The position numbers and the translations under genes were made by a program. A stretch of DNA of 64,000 bases, from NCBI GenBank assembly GCA_963668025.2, contig CAXXTH010000011.1, forward strand, positions 160,001 to 224,000. The letters run 5' to 3'. The notes beneath the pieces are model-generated. The model searched no databases. It saw nothing but the letters and a program-made list of their open reading frames with translations, and was not told the DNA's origin. Of this stretch, positions 52,471 through 63,793 are shown piece after piece (position 1 is the stretch's first letter; every line of letters starts with the position of its first letter). Origin of the DNA: Candidatus Hydrogenedentota bacterium (lineage in GTDB: Bacteria; Hydrogenedentota; Hydrogenedentia; Hydrogenedentales; SLHB01).

Positions 52471-53143
52471 ACAGATTACCCTCCATTATGTGTTTGTTGC
52501 CTTCTCTCCTTTGTTTTCCGGCTGACACAATTGCCGAAAAACCTCTCACCGCCGCCACTGGGACCGTGTCTGTTCAAAACATGGCCAGTGGCGCACTCAT
52601 GCAGCTTCAGCATTCCAACCAACACTCACTGCATGTTAAGGACATGCAAAAGCCCACCTCCAGCGCTTGCTCAAGTGTCAAACCATGCAGAGCTGAATGC
52701 TGAATCTGCTGTTAGTATATAAGTTAAATGCACAAAGCGCTTGATTCAGATTCCGAAAGGTTTGTACGAATCCCCGATTTATAGAGGCTTGCCTATTTGA
52801 TAAAAACGAGAGGAGAAAGTGCGGGATCATGACCAAGCATGCTTTTTTTGGATTAATCGCAGAAGAAGACTTCTTCCGTCCTGGCCCGGCATGAGCCATC
52901 CGCGCGCGCCGGGATGGACTCCGCTGGGAAATGGCGGTGCTTCCCATTTTGCCTCTTCCTCGGAAGCCGTGGGTGACTTAATCTATAAGTCCATAATTTA
53001 CATCAGGTTGCTCGATGCTGCGGCGCATAGTTTTTTTGCCGCTACAACCGGGGCTCCTGCTTGTTTCAAATTTACGTTTGTTTGGTCCACGACATCTAAT
53101 CCATAAAAATGAAATTCAGTCATGTACCAGCATAATCGGTTGC

Positions 53144-54901
53144 TTATTTATCCGCCGGTGCGAACAACTGTATTTCCTCAATAAAGCGGAATCCATCCTT
53201 CAGCGCATCCAGCAGATTCAATCGGACATAGCGTGCGGTTACCGGCTCGAACGTCAAATCGAGACAATCGCCAATCGTTCCACCTTGGTGGATCGTGCGC
53301 CATTCCCCGTCTTGCTTCACCTCGATGCTGAAGGAAGTAATCCGGTTGTTCCACTCCATCAGCCGCGCACGGTTAAACGTCTGCTCCGCGCCCAGATCGA
53401 TTTCCAGCCAGTCTTGCTTTCCGTGGTATGGCGGTATCCAGCGCGTATCGTAATCGTCATCCACCGCACGGCTGGGACCGCTCTCACCTTTCCCGGCCTC
53501 TGGCGTGGGGCAATCAGAGGAGGTCACGCTTTTTCCGGCGGCAAGGGAGCCCGAATGAAAGGCCAGCAATGGGGCTATGCCGTCTGTCGGCTCATCCAGT
53601 TCCAGTTTGATCACCGTGTCGATGTCATTGCGCTCGCTGGGCGGCACATTCACGGTCCAGCCGGTTTCCGTCTCTTCCATCTTTACCGTTCCACCCGTCA
53701 GCACGGAACTGCTGATGAGTTTGCGCCCGATTGACTGAAGCAGTATCGGACTGTTCCAATCAACGATATGCAGGTAGAGTTTATTCCCGTTCCGCATGCA
53801 GGAATTCGGACCCATGATGTACGGCCCCGCCTGGGTTCCAAAGATGCTCTCCCCGTACAGGTCAAGCCATGCGCCGATCTCGCGAAGCCGCGCCGCGTAA
53901 GCTGCATCGATTTCGCCGCCCGGGGTGGGGCCGACATTGAGCAGCAGATTGCCGCCGCGCCCCGTGCAGCGGACGAGCAATTGTATGCAGTCTTTCAGCG
54001 GCAGGATATTGGCATCGGGATGCCAGATCCAAGGCCAGGAAAGGGTGTAACAGGTCTCCCACATCCGGTCGAGGTTAAAAGGGCCCGCAAAGTTCTCATG
54101 CGTGGAATAATCTCCGGGAAGCCCGCCGCGATCATTGAAAATAATATTCGGCTGAAGTTGGCGTATGAGTTTGAACATGCCTTCGCTGTCCCAGCCTTGG
54201 GGCGGCGGCCCTCCATCGAACCAGATGAGATCAACCTTTCCATAATTGCTACAGAGTTCCCGCATTTGGCCGTGCAGATAATCGATGTAACGCGCATGGT
54301 TGGCCGTGGCGTAATCGGGGTGATGCCAATCGGCAGGGGAATAGTATAAGCCCAGACGGAAGTTGGCGGCATGGCATGCGTCGGCAAGTTCCTTAGTCAA
54401 ATCGCGATGTATCGGGGAATTGGTAACCTTATAATCCGTGAGCGCGCTATCGAACATGCAAAAACCATCGTGATGCTTCGTCGTAAAAACGATGTAGTTC
54501 ATATGGGCTGCTTTCGCCAGCTCCACCCACGCCTTTGGGTCGTATTTCACGGGATTGAACTGTTTGTACAGGTTGTCATACACCTCCATCGGTATCGTGC
54601 CGGACAGCATCGTCGTATCGGTTCCGCCTCTGGGGCCTTGCCTGGAAAAACTGATTTCATCGCTGCTCGTGGCGACGGTACAGAGTGGCCCCCAGTGGAC
54701 AAACAACCCGAACTTAGCATCCCGGAACCACTGGAGATCGGTATGCGCAACCTGAAGGCCGCTTGCATCGCTTGCAATTGTGCCTGGCTGGGCTTTTTCC
54801 GGTACAGGCGGCACCGCAACTGTGCTAGGAACGGCCTCCGCCCAGGCGCATCCCACTATACATAACACAAGCGCTGCTACACTTAATCGTTGCAATCTCA
54901 T
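53144..54901 (-). CDS. Alpha-L-fucosidase (GH29) with C-terminal F5/8 type C (CBM32) domain
   Basis: WFRDAKFGLFVHWG, TTKHHDGF, LYYS..DW, IWFDG, NLLLNVGP; AVDDDYDTRW, WLEIDLG, ARYVRL. Confidence 0.93.
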   Translation of the reverse strand: MRLQRLSVAALVLCIVGCAWAEAVPSTVAVPPVPEKAQPGTIASDASGLQVAHTDLQWFRDAKFGLFVHWGPLCTVATSSDEISFSRQGPRGGTDTTMLSGTIPMEVYDNLYKQFNPVKYDPKAWVELAKAAHMNYIVFTTKHHDGFCMFDSALTDYKVTNSPIHRDLTKELADACHAANFRLGLYYSPADWHHPDYATANHARYIDYLHGQMRELCSNYGKVDLIWFDGGPPPQGWDSEGMFKLIRQLQPNIIFNDRGGLPGDYSTHENFAGPFNLDRMWETCYTLSWPWIWHPDANILPLKDCIQLLVRCTGRGGNLLLNVGPTPGGEIDAAYAARLREIGAWLDLYGESIFGTQAGPYIMGPNSCMRNGNKLYLHIVDWNSPILLQSIGRKLISSSVLTGGTVKMEETETGWTVNVPPSERNDIDTVIKLELDEPTDGIAPLLAFHSGSLAAGKSVTSSDCPTPEAGKGESGPSRAVDDDYDTRWIPPYHGKQDWLEIDLGAEQTFNRARLMEWNNRITSFSIEVKQDGEWRTIHQGGTIGDCLDLTFEPVTARYVRLNLLDALKDGFRFIEEIQLFAPADK

Positions 54902-55245
54902 GTAGATTTCCCCCTATTATGTATTTGTTTTCTTCATTCCCCTATTTTGCGGCTGCCACACATGCCGAAAGACCTCTCATTCACACCGTCGATTGCCACC
55001 ACGCGGGATTCTCCACTGAACCATTTATCAGCGTACAAGATGCAAACGCATAACGCTTGTTTTAAAAGGAGAAAGATTTGTATGATTCACCGATTAGCGC
55101 GGAGGCGCAAGGAATGACCGGCGGGGTCGCCGGTCGTCATATGGAATATGGCGCATCAATACCCTTGCAGGGTCATAAACAAACTTAATGGCTTCTGTAA
55201 TTCACGTTGGTACCGTGTTTCCAGTACTATTATTTAAAGTGCAGT

Positions 55246-58019
55246 TCACAATGGCAGCGTCGCGATGCCGAAATAACCCAGTGGGGCGTAGGCCTGGGAC
55301 GCACCAAAGCGTATCACGCTGGGAACGCCCATCACTTCCACCAGATCCGTCAGCTCGCCCGGGCCCGCGAAGGAATAACGTGCGATGGCCCCGTTGCCAA
55401 TCGTCACATAAGCCGCGTCTTCCGTGGCGCCCACCAGCGAGCCCCATTGCTCCGTGGCTAAGACACCCTCTCCAAGGGTGATGCCGCCGAAAGCGCCAAT
55501 GCGGGCAGCATATAGCTTATATCCCTCTTGATACACATCCATGTAAACTCGCTCTCCGCGAGCAATCACCTGCGCAGCCCCATCGGGTATGTTGATGGAA
55601 TCCAGGAGTGTGGCGTCTCCCGCGCCGTCCCAACGGGCCGTTCGCAACTGGGACGAATAATCCCAAGCCAGCCCCCATTGGTAATCGCGCAAAATCAACA
55701 GGCCCGTGTCCGGCTCATACTGCGCCACTTCACCCGGCACATTCACGGATGCGCCCGCCGTGGCGTTCACAATATCCAGCAGCGCCACATAATGCGCCAC
55801 GCGTGGCGGCCTGGATGATACGTCGGCGTCCGCACTCACGGAGGTTCCTACAATCACCTCCTCACCAGCGGCGTCTACGGAATCGACGCGCTCATAACCG
55901 AGGGCGATGGTGCGTTCAAGGGCCAGCGGCGAAAAGCTCACTACTGCTATGCCTTGTCCGGGCGTTTCCGCGCCGACGGTGGCGTCATATGCATCCGCCA
56001 TGCAGCGAAGCACCAGCCTGCCGCCCGCGATAAAGGCTTGCTGCTGTTCGTAACTCGGATACCAATAAGGATAGTATATCCCGCCATCCAGCGCGGAAGA
56101 ATCGAGGAGGGGCATCGGATAGCGCCAATAGCCATAATACGGTGACACATCCACTTCCAACCGGCCATCGAGCTGGGGCGCGGCCGGGTTCGTGAAATCC
56201 ACTTTCGCCACGATATAGCTGGCATCAGAATAAACCCCATCACTGATGCGTTGCGGCCATTCCACACCCACGAGGATCACCGAAGAACCATACGCGAAGG
56301 CGCTGCTCAGTTCGCCTACATCCACCTCGATTTCCCCGCTGGCTTTCATGGGCAGGTCTTTGGCGCGGACCAGGGTGTTTCCCGTCGCATATTGCGTAAT
56401 CACCTCCACACCCGTCGTGTCGTCAAGTGGTGCGAAATCCGCCACATGCTCCGCCAGCGCCAGCCGGTTCTCCACGAGAGGCGCATCGAGATCCGACGCA
56501 TCAATGGCCGCCAGTTCTTCCGCCGTCAAACCAAAATAAAGCTCCTCGTAGGACAACGAACGCACCAGTTCGCCTTGAAGGTCCACGTAGCCACGCACAT
56601 CGAGGCCCTCGGGCGACCAGGTGACAAATTGCAGCCGTTCAAATCCTCCCACATCTTCCGTCCATCCGCTAAACGGCACGGCGAGGACATCGCCATAAAT
56701 GGCGAACGCTTTCACATCGTTATACGCGCTTGACCAGCTCCAGCCTTCTCCAAAGCTCACCCGGTCTACAAGAGATGGGGCAGCGACGCTGGCTACATTG
56801 AAAAGACTGACGCTCACACGCTGGCCTTCGGTGTTGTCCACGCCCAGCGTGATGAGATAATCGCCTTGCGGCTCGATGTACGTGGACCAGCCAGGCACTT
56901 CCAACTCACCCTCGACCCTCGGATTATAGGGATCAGAAAGATCCAGTACGAAGAGGGGATCGGTGATCAAATACGTCACGACATACGCGCGCGCGCCGTC
57001 AAAACGCGTGGCGAAAAGCGTGTCGCCACTGGCGCGCTCGAACGGAAGCGTGGCCATCACGGCTAAGCTGTCCGGATTGGCCAGATTCACCGTAGTGAGA
57101 TAGGTCTGGCGGCCATCATCCCATTGATTCGATACGACGCGCAGCACATTCCCGTACGCATCCAGTTTGAAACGGTCCGCCACCACGCCCGGCACATCCA
57201 CCGCCCCGCGCAGCACCATGGTGCCCTCGGGGTCGCTGATATCCACATATCGAATCCTGGTATCGTTCGATTGCCAATCAGGGCGACGCGACGAAAATGG
57301 CGCTCGAAGTGGCCTGAATGAGATCGCCTGTTTCATTGAAATGGAGCTGGTCCGCTTGGCGGATATCCGAGGGGTCCGCTATATTCACGCTCGTGACCCA
57401 AGAGCCGCCATCGGTCTGTTTTTTTGCCACGGCCGCTGCGGCTACGGGCACATCATACCAATACCATTGATATGCCGAAGAGACGGCATACAGCACATGG
57501 CCCACCAGCCGGCTATCCACGAGGTCGCCAGGCAAAACAAAATCGGACTCAATAATAGGAGCGGCGGGGGAGTCCACATCAACCACATAGAGCCGGGACT
57601 CGATATCATAATGGACGGTGTTTCGCGTTTTGGTGTAATTCGCGGCTTGGCTCACGAGCACATACGCCCGCCCGCCTTCGATATAGAGATCGCGCGGATA
57701 ACCGTAGGTGGGCGCGTGGGCGAGGATCGATTGCGTATCTAAATTTACAATCACAAGCCCCCGGTATTGATTCAATATATATAGAAGATTGCCGTCGCGC
57801 CGAATGACATCCGGTTCGACCCACTTCCCGCACTTCAACTTCTTCACCCGAGTCGGCATCCGCGGCGGGCGAGCCTCCTATATAGTCCAAAAGGGGATTG
57901 TTGCGTCCGCCATATAAATCCGCGCTCGTGTATTTACTCGTCTGTTGTATAGACGGACATCCGATGAACGCCGCCAATAACAAAGCAAATAGAGGCAGGA
58001 ATTGATTCATGTTCCGCAT
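55246..58019 (-). CDS. Secreted lipoprotein with a Beta_propel-type domain; two frameshifts (~57820 and ~57281)
   Basis: Lipobox AFIGC; VEPDVIRRDG, LRVVS, LFATRFDG.RAYVVTY..TDPLFVLDLSDP, GELEVPGWSTY spread across three frames. Confidence 0.8.
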
Positions 58020-58241
58020 GATGCGCCCTCCTCTCATGCAAGCACCTGTCGTGCATCAAGACGTCTCTTTTCTGTTAAGTCCCATTATACCACCATTTAA
58101 CGGAAAAGAGTTCAGGAAAATCTCCAATCGCCTAAGAATAAAGACATCGTTGGAGAGATTATGTGGTCTCCATTGGGTATAAATGAAGTGAACAAGATGA
58201 TACGGCAATAGAGGATTGCAGCAAAGCAGGTCGAAACGGAT

Positions 58242-58500
58242 GTGGCGGTGACGAGTTTTCGCGGCGCGGCGGTCTTTGATGCTCTGATGCGCATACTCCT
58301 GTCCGGCGGGAAATACGTGGAGAATCTGGCCCATTTGCGCCAAGACAAGGGGCTTGAACGCCTGTTGGGCCAGAAGTTGATGGCACCGTCCACAGCCCAT
58401 GATTTCCTGCGCCGCATCTGTTATGGCGGCATGGAGGGCTTGGGCCAAACCCATCAGCACATGCTCGCACGCATGGCCAATCAAACTGGAACCAGCCGTC
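58242..58500 (+). pseudogene. IS1380-family transposase N-terminal remnant
   Basis: LSGGKYVENLAHLRQDKGLERLLG..APSTAHDFLRR resembles the IS1380 N-terminus; no catalytic region follows. Confidence 0.6.
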
Positions 58501-58718
58501 TGCCCAAAGCGTGGAATCGGGGATCTGCCGAGGGAGCAATCCCCGATCCCAAACCAGGCGCCTGGAACGGCCTAGCGCTGAGTGATGGCCATGGGCAGTC
58601 TGAGTTCCTTATCGCCGCTCGAAGCCCGCGGTATGACCTGGTTGAGTTGGTTGGATGGCTTGGCGCGATACACCCCTCTTTCGCCAAGCATCCGCGTTCA
58701 ATCAAGATCCACTCTCTA

Positions 58719-61094
58719 TCACGCATTCTTCTCGAGAAACGCCTTCAGATCGCCGATCTTCTTTTGCGTTCCAGCCAGATAATCCTGCATTTCCTTTTCC
58801 GTCAGCGCCGTGCGCGTGTAGCAAGGCTTCATCTGTAAAAACTCCGACAGAAGCGTGCAGAATTGTTCCTGGGCCTTGATGTCTTCCTGAATGAGAGCGC
58901 GATAGGCTTGTTCCATCGTCGCAGCGTCATGGCCCGCGCTTCGTGCATCTTCCATATCCACCTGCAAATAGATCGCGCGGGTGATATTGAGCCGCAGGCT
59001 GCACATAGCGTTCGAATACGCGATGGGGGCCCAGTTCAGTTCAGCGTATTGCTTGCAGGTGGGCCTCGGCAATCCTGAGTAGTAATAGACGCCGATGTAT
59101 TCCTTATCACTCGCGGCCGCCACGGCTTGCTGGGCCCATTCTGACGCTTTGCCGAGATGGACGTTCATCTCTTGCATATTGGCCAGAAACTCTTTTGGCT
59201 TGGCTTGATTTTCCGGTTTGCTTCGGAGTTCGGCCGTTTCCGCCAACCAGAACCAACTCGGATTATACGCTTTGGTGATGCCGGGCAGAATCGCGGGGGG
59301 CTGCAAGCCGCCAGGTACGCTGAGGCTCAGATACGAATGGCTTCCGCCCAGCGGATTCGAGCGCCAGCCGTTCCAGACATCCATCGCGGCCCGGACCTCT
59401 TCCCATGCTTTATACATCAAGGGGCCTGCTTCCGGCCCGAATTGCTTTACGGATAGCGCCGTAAGGAACTTTTCGGGGTCCTGGTCCGGGTTGCACTGGA
59501 ACTCTTTCATCGTCAATGCATTGATCGAATTATGGGCCGGCGTTGGGCCGGTGACTTCCACCAGGTTTCGCGCGCCCCAGCCTTTAAACTTCTTGAGGGC
59601 GTCGCATGCATGAAAGGGGAACGGGAAACTCTTGGGGATGGATTCGAGGCGGTTGTACGCGAAATACACGTACGCGAGAGCGCCTCTCTCCTTGGCGGAC
59701 GCGAAGGTGCTGCGAAAAGCCGCGCAGGGCTCGTCGGTTCCTGGAACCGGAACCATGATGTCATGATCGCCGCCGTCCCAGCCCGTCGTGAGAGCGTCGT
59801 ATCCCTTCGTGTCTCGGAGCAGCTTATCCACGTCGCTCCCAGGCTGGCTCGAGCCTTCCCAACCGGTATTATTCCCGGAAAAGTGCACATCTCCCCAGAA
59901 ATTGAATTTAAAATCAGGTCTTGCCTCGTGCGCGACCTCGATCAGCAGAGAGACCAGTTTGGCTTGCGTCTGCCAGGGAGTACAGGTGTCCATCGGCGAA
60001 TCCGTGACGGCTTTCGAGCAACGCGGACACAGGCCGGGGGTGCAGAGCCAGGAGTTTTGATCCAGGTTGTAGAAGAGGGCGCCTTTTATGTCGCCATATT
60101 CCAGGACAAATTTTTTCATCATTTCTTTGTAGTATTCTTGAACGATGGGGCTGTTGACGCACAATGTTTTCATCATGCCGTTCTCGTCGCCTCCCCAGGG
60201 GAGTTTTGCCGCACCAATGGCCTCGGGAGGATATTTTTCGATATCCGCGGCATCTTTAGGAATGACCGGCTCGCCGAGAAAGAAATAGTATTCGATGCCG
60301 TACTTTTTGCAGAGCGCGGAGATCTTTTTTACTTTCCGCTGGTAGTCGGGCAGCGGGGGATTTTGAAAGGGAAACACGCTGCTTTGCACCAGATTGTTCA
60401 GATTTCCGTTATAGCCGAAAATGTCGTCGACGCTGCAATATTGATTGACGCCCAGGCGGGAGAGATAGGCCGCATAGGCCTCCTCGAACTCGTCCGTTTT
60501 CAGATTTGTGTAGGCGTCCCAATAGTATCCGGGGGCATTCGAGCGTTTTCGGAAGTAGGGGACCTTCTTGATATCGAGTTCGCCGGATGCTCCGTCTAGG
60601 ATGAAATCCTCCAAAGCATACTCGCCATACAGCACGCCGCGCGCGTTGGCCCCAGCGACGGCGAAATCCTTTCCAATGCGCTTGAGATGGAAACCATCGT
60701 CCTCCGGAGGAACGCCGCGTATGTCCAGTTCGCCTTTATCGCCATACTCCTTCAAGGACTTGAGACTGGATTCTTGTCCCAGCAGGAATCGTTTGGCTCC
60801 AGATGATTTCAATTCAGAGACGATGGGAATTTCCAGGCCAGCTTTGCCGAGAAAACGCTTCAACTCCTCGGCGGCCGTGTTCTCGACGATGTCGGGATTG
60901 TCCGGGATGACGATCTCGTAGCCATGCCCAACGCCGAGCTTTTTTAGGCCGGACTCGATTTGTGCTTTTTCATACGCCTGCGGAGAAATCTGGCCGGCCT
61001 CATCAGCCCAGAGAGGCATCCCTATTGCCATGGCCGCCATGGTGGCGGCTAGAGCCCATCTCCAAGAATCTACACATATCGCCATCGTTGCCAT
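58719..61094 (-). CDS. Secreted glycoside-hydrolase-like protein with a GH20/GH67-type N-terminal zincin-like domain
   Basis: AAEELKRFL..DDGFHL..VAGANARGVLYGEY..PYFRKR; signal peptide; catalytic family unclear. Confidence 0.65.
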   Translation of the reverse strand: MATMAICVDSWRWALAATMAAMAIGMPLWADEAGQISPQAYEKAQIESGLKKLGVGHGYEIVIPDNPDIVENTAAEELKRFLGKAGLEIPIVSELKSSGAKRFLLGQESSLKSLKEYGDKGELDIRGVPPEDDGFHLKRIGKDFAVAGANARGVLYGEYALEDFILDGASGELDIKKVPYFRKRSNAPGYYWDAYTNLKTDEFEEAYAAYLSRLGVNQYCSVDDIFGYNGNLNNLVQSSVFPFQNPPLPDYQRKVKKISALCKKYGIEYYFFLGEPVIPKDAADIEKYPPEAIGAAKLPWGGDENGMMKTLCVNSPIVQEYYKEMMKKFVLEYGDIKGALFYNLDQNSWLCTPGLCPRCSKAVTDSPMDTCTPWQTQAKLVSLLIEVAHEARPDFKFNFWGDVHFSGNNTGWEGSSQPGSDVDKLLRDTKGYDALTTGWDGGDHDIMVPVPGTDEPCAAFRSTFASAKERGALAYVYFAYNRLESIPKSFPFPFHACDALKKFKGWGARNLVEVTGPTPAHNSINALTMKEFQCNPDQDPEKFLTALSVKQFGPEAGPLMYKAWEEVRAAMDVWNGWRSNPLGGSHSYLSLSVPGGLQPPAILPGITKAYNPSWFWLAETAELRSKPENQAKPKEFLANMQEMNVHLGKASEWAQQAVAAASDKEYIGVYYYSGLPRPTCKQYAELNWAPIAYSNAMCSLRLNITRAIYLQVDMEDARSAGHDAATMEQAYRALIQEDIKAQEQFCTLLSEFLQMKPCYTRTALTEKEMQDYLAGTQKKIGDLKAFLEKNA

Positions 61095-61455
61095 CTCCTC
61101 ATCGTTATACCTGTATATCTAAAACCAAAGCCACGCCGCACGCGTACCAGCGCACTCAGATTAGGGCTTCAGTAAAAAAATATCCTACTTATGATATGAA
61201 TTAATACTAACTATACTATATATGCATTTTAAAGCAATTTCGTTCATAAGATTTCACCCTAATCTTAAAAGCAGAAAAATTCTTGTATCGAACGCGGGGA
61301 TGCTTGTACGAATCACCGACATGTAAACGCACGGCTTCCGCGAAGCCTTTGACGCCTTTTGAACAGCAATCGAAGATAGTAGGCTTGCTGGATGTCAGAA
61401 AACGGCGGACTTGTTTGACGGGGTCCTTTCGACAACTGGCAAGGCGTCACAAAAA

Positions 61456-62394
61456 TCAAACGCGCCTTAGCTCAATCAAAACCACCTCCGGCGGGCAACA
61501 AAACCGCACGGGCACTTCGGTTGTTCCTAAACCCGCCGTGGTATAGCCTTGCATTGCGCCTTCGCGCCAGACGCCCTTGGAAATGCGCCGGGGCATTTTC
61601 GAGTTGTAATGAAGCGCGCCCAGAAAAGGCATCCGGATTTGCCCCCAATGGGTGTGCCCGCACAAATAAAGATCCACGTTCTGCCTTGATGCTTCCCTTG
61701 CCATATCAGGCCCATGCGCAAGCAGGATGCGATATTCTTCCGCCGGAATACCCTCGAGCGCGGCCTCCAAATCCGCCACATCATAGAAAGTGGGGTCATC
61801 CACGCCGCTTATCCAGATGCGGCTTCCGGCCTTCTCGATAGACATGGACTCATTGATCAGCATACGGATTCCCATACGCCGGAAAGGTTCGGCGAAAACC
61901 GTGGAATCATGATTGCCAAGGATGGCGGCGATGCCATGGCGGGCGCGCACCAGATGCGCCAGCTCCTCCATATACGAGAATACATGCCCGCATGGGCTGC
62001 GGTAGCCCCAGAGGTAATCGCCCGTAATCACACAAAGCTCCGATTCAATGCCGGATATCAGCCCCGCCGCACAGTCCAGAATTTTTGAACCGGGGGCAAA
62101 GTGAAAATCCGACAAATGCAAGATGCGGAATCCATCAAAGGATGCCGGAAGCCGGGAGCTGCTGAATGATAAGTGGCGGAGAACGGGGCGCAAGGCGTTG
62201 CGCGTTCCCCGTTCATATAAGCCCAAACAACGCAATACCTGTTCTATAAAATGGTTGCGCCGGGAATGATCACGCGGTGGACGGCGCAATTCGACGCGCA
62301 ACCGGCTTGCCGTCATCCAGCCTTCAAGCTCCCTTCGGCGCTCCCATAAAGCTTTCCGCCGCAATGCTATTTCTTGATGGTTTAAAATGCCCAT
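61456..62394 (-). CDS. Calcineurin-like metallophosphoesterase (YkuE-like)
   Basis: HLSDFH, TGDY, LGNHD, LLAH, CGHTHWGQ, GLG..PVRFCCPPE. Confidence 0.92.
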   Translation of the reverse strand: MGILNHQEIALRRKALWERRRELEGWMTASRLRVELRRPPRDHSRRNHFIEQVLRCLGLYERGTRNALRPVLRHLSFSSSRLPASFDGFRILHLSDFHFAPGSKILDCAAGLISGIESELCVITGDYLWGYRSPCGHVFSYMEELAHLVRARHGIAAILGNHDSTVFAEPFRRMGIRMLINESMSIEKAGSRIWISGVDDPTFYDVADLEAALEGIPAEEYRILLAHGPDMAREASRQNVDLYLCGHTHWGQIRMPFLGALHYNSKMPRRISKGVWREGAMQGYTTAGLGTTEVPVRFCCPPEVVLIELRRV

Positions 62395-62455
62395 GCTCCC
62401 AATAAAAGGCCGTAATTGATGTACTCGAGGATACTACGGCTTTCCTGCATCACGT

Positions 62456-63426
62456 TCAATCTCCATCCACTTCGTGAACAATCCAGTCGAAGCGTGACTC
62501 CAGCGGCTCAAGGCTCACGACACAGTCTGTCTCAGGGGCCACTTCGGCGCAAAGAGTGAACTCTGCTGTCTTTTTTGGGGCTACGGTGAAGGGTATGATT
62601 GTGTACGGGCAACGGACCGAAGCGTCGCTCAGAGTGACAACAGCGTGCGCCCTTGACTCCGAGAGCGTGCTTTCCGCAATGATGTCTTCTGGCTTTAGAT
62701 CAACAATTCTCAGCAGGCCGTTGGAGCGCGCCACAATAAACCCCATCGGGCGCACAGCGACTGCATCCGCTGGGGTCAGGGAAATGCTCACCTGAGCAGG
62801 TCCTGAAAGCCTCAGCGTGAACTGTGGGTTCTTTCTCCAAGAAGCGTAGTGGATGTGGCCCCCCCGAGTTCGCACTCGTGAGCGATCCCGTGACTTCACA
62901 GCGGTAGGGTCGGTATTTTCTTGCTCCGCTGGCACCTTGTGCAGCACTCTCTTCCGCAGCTGCCTTCGCGGCAGCGCGGTTGGAGCAAAGCTGCTCTTCG
63001 ATGCGCGCAATTTCTTCTGGAGAAATTTCGTTGCCGTGCAGGATTACTTCTACAATTTGCGTGTTTGACTTGATGAGGTGCATGATCAATTCTACGCAGC
63101 TGTCGTGAAGGAGGTTGAAGGCAAGGTTGATGCTGGACACTTTCGGATGGCGCACGAGTGCCTTGACCAGCTTGGCCACGGATTCATGCTCCAGCATGTT
63201 GTTGCGCAGGTCGAGGGAGCGCAGGGAATAGATGTTGCGAGCCATTTCGAGGATGGGCTCCAAGCCTTTTGGCCCTACGTAGTTTGTGCTGAGGTCGAAC
63301 ACTTCGCACTCTCGTTGCCTCATTTGCGGCAACAAACGCGTCGCGCATTTCGTTCACAAACCGCGTGTTGGGCTTGCAGCTGCATCGGCGACAGTAGTAG
63401 ATGTACAGGTCTTCCAGGGTCGTCAT
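62456..63426 (-). CDS. Eukaryotic-type LRR + calpain domain III-like protein; two frameshifts, 3' end truncated at the junction
   Basis: YYCRRCSCKPN; RI-type LRRs (FDLSTNYVG, LDLRNNML, INLAFNLL, LHGNEI); GG..YASWRKNPQF..GFIV..YTIIPFT..EFTL. Confidence 0.75.
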
Positions 63427-63793
63427 TGGTAAGTCTCTCTTTTATTTGTTTGTTTCAGTGTTTGGACCGTTTCTCTTGCGACCAAGTGGAAGAAGGGACG
63501 TGACGCAGTGGGGAAGAGGAGCAAGTCACGTACGATAACCTTCAAATGGAATTGAAAGAGAGGAGTTAAGGGCCACAAAGGTAAAAAACCATTTGAAACA
63601 TAATAAATGTGGTGGAGAATCAAAGGCAAAGAAAGGGGAAAAAATAAACTTGAGCTTTTTTGTCCTGCCAAATTCGAACACAATTTTCCTCTACGGATGA
63701 CCAACAGCAGCGATGACCTCATCGGTTGGAGAGGGCGAAACGGCCGTTTTCGCGCCACCCCCCATATCAACACTCCCGCGACCTTTGGGCGGC

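Noticed and set aside
52471-52720. c-di-GMP or other known riboswitch
   Set aside because: Consensus elements not found by eye; kept only as an unknown structured candidate
52819-53106. Small ORF after AGGAG on the plus strand
   Set aside because: No recognisable motif, conflicting candidate starts and no clear promoter
58242-58838. Intact 198-aa transposase
   Set aside because: Similarity ends near 58500, there is no DDE core, and the rest overlaps the convergent gene
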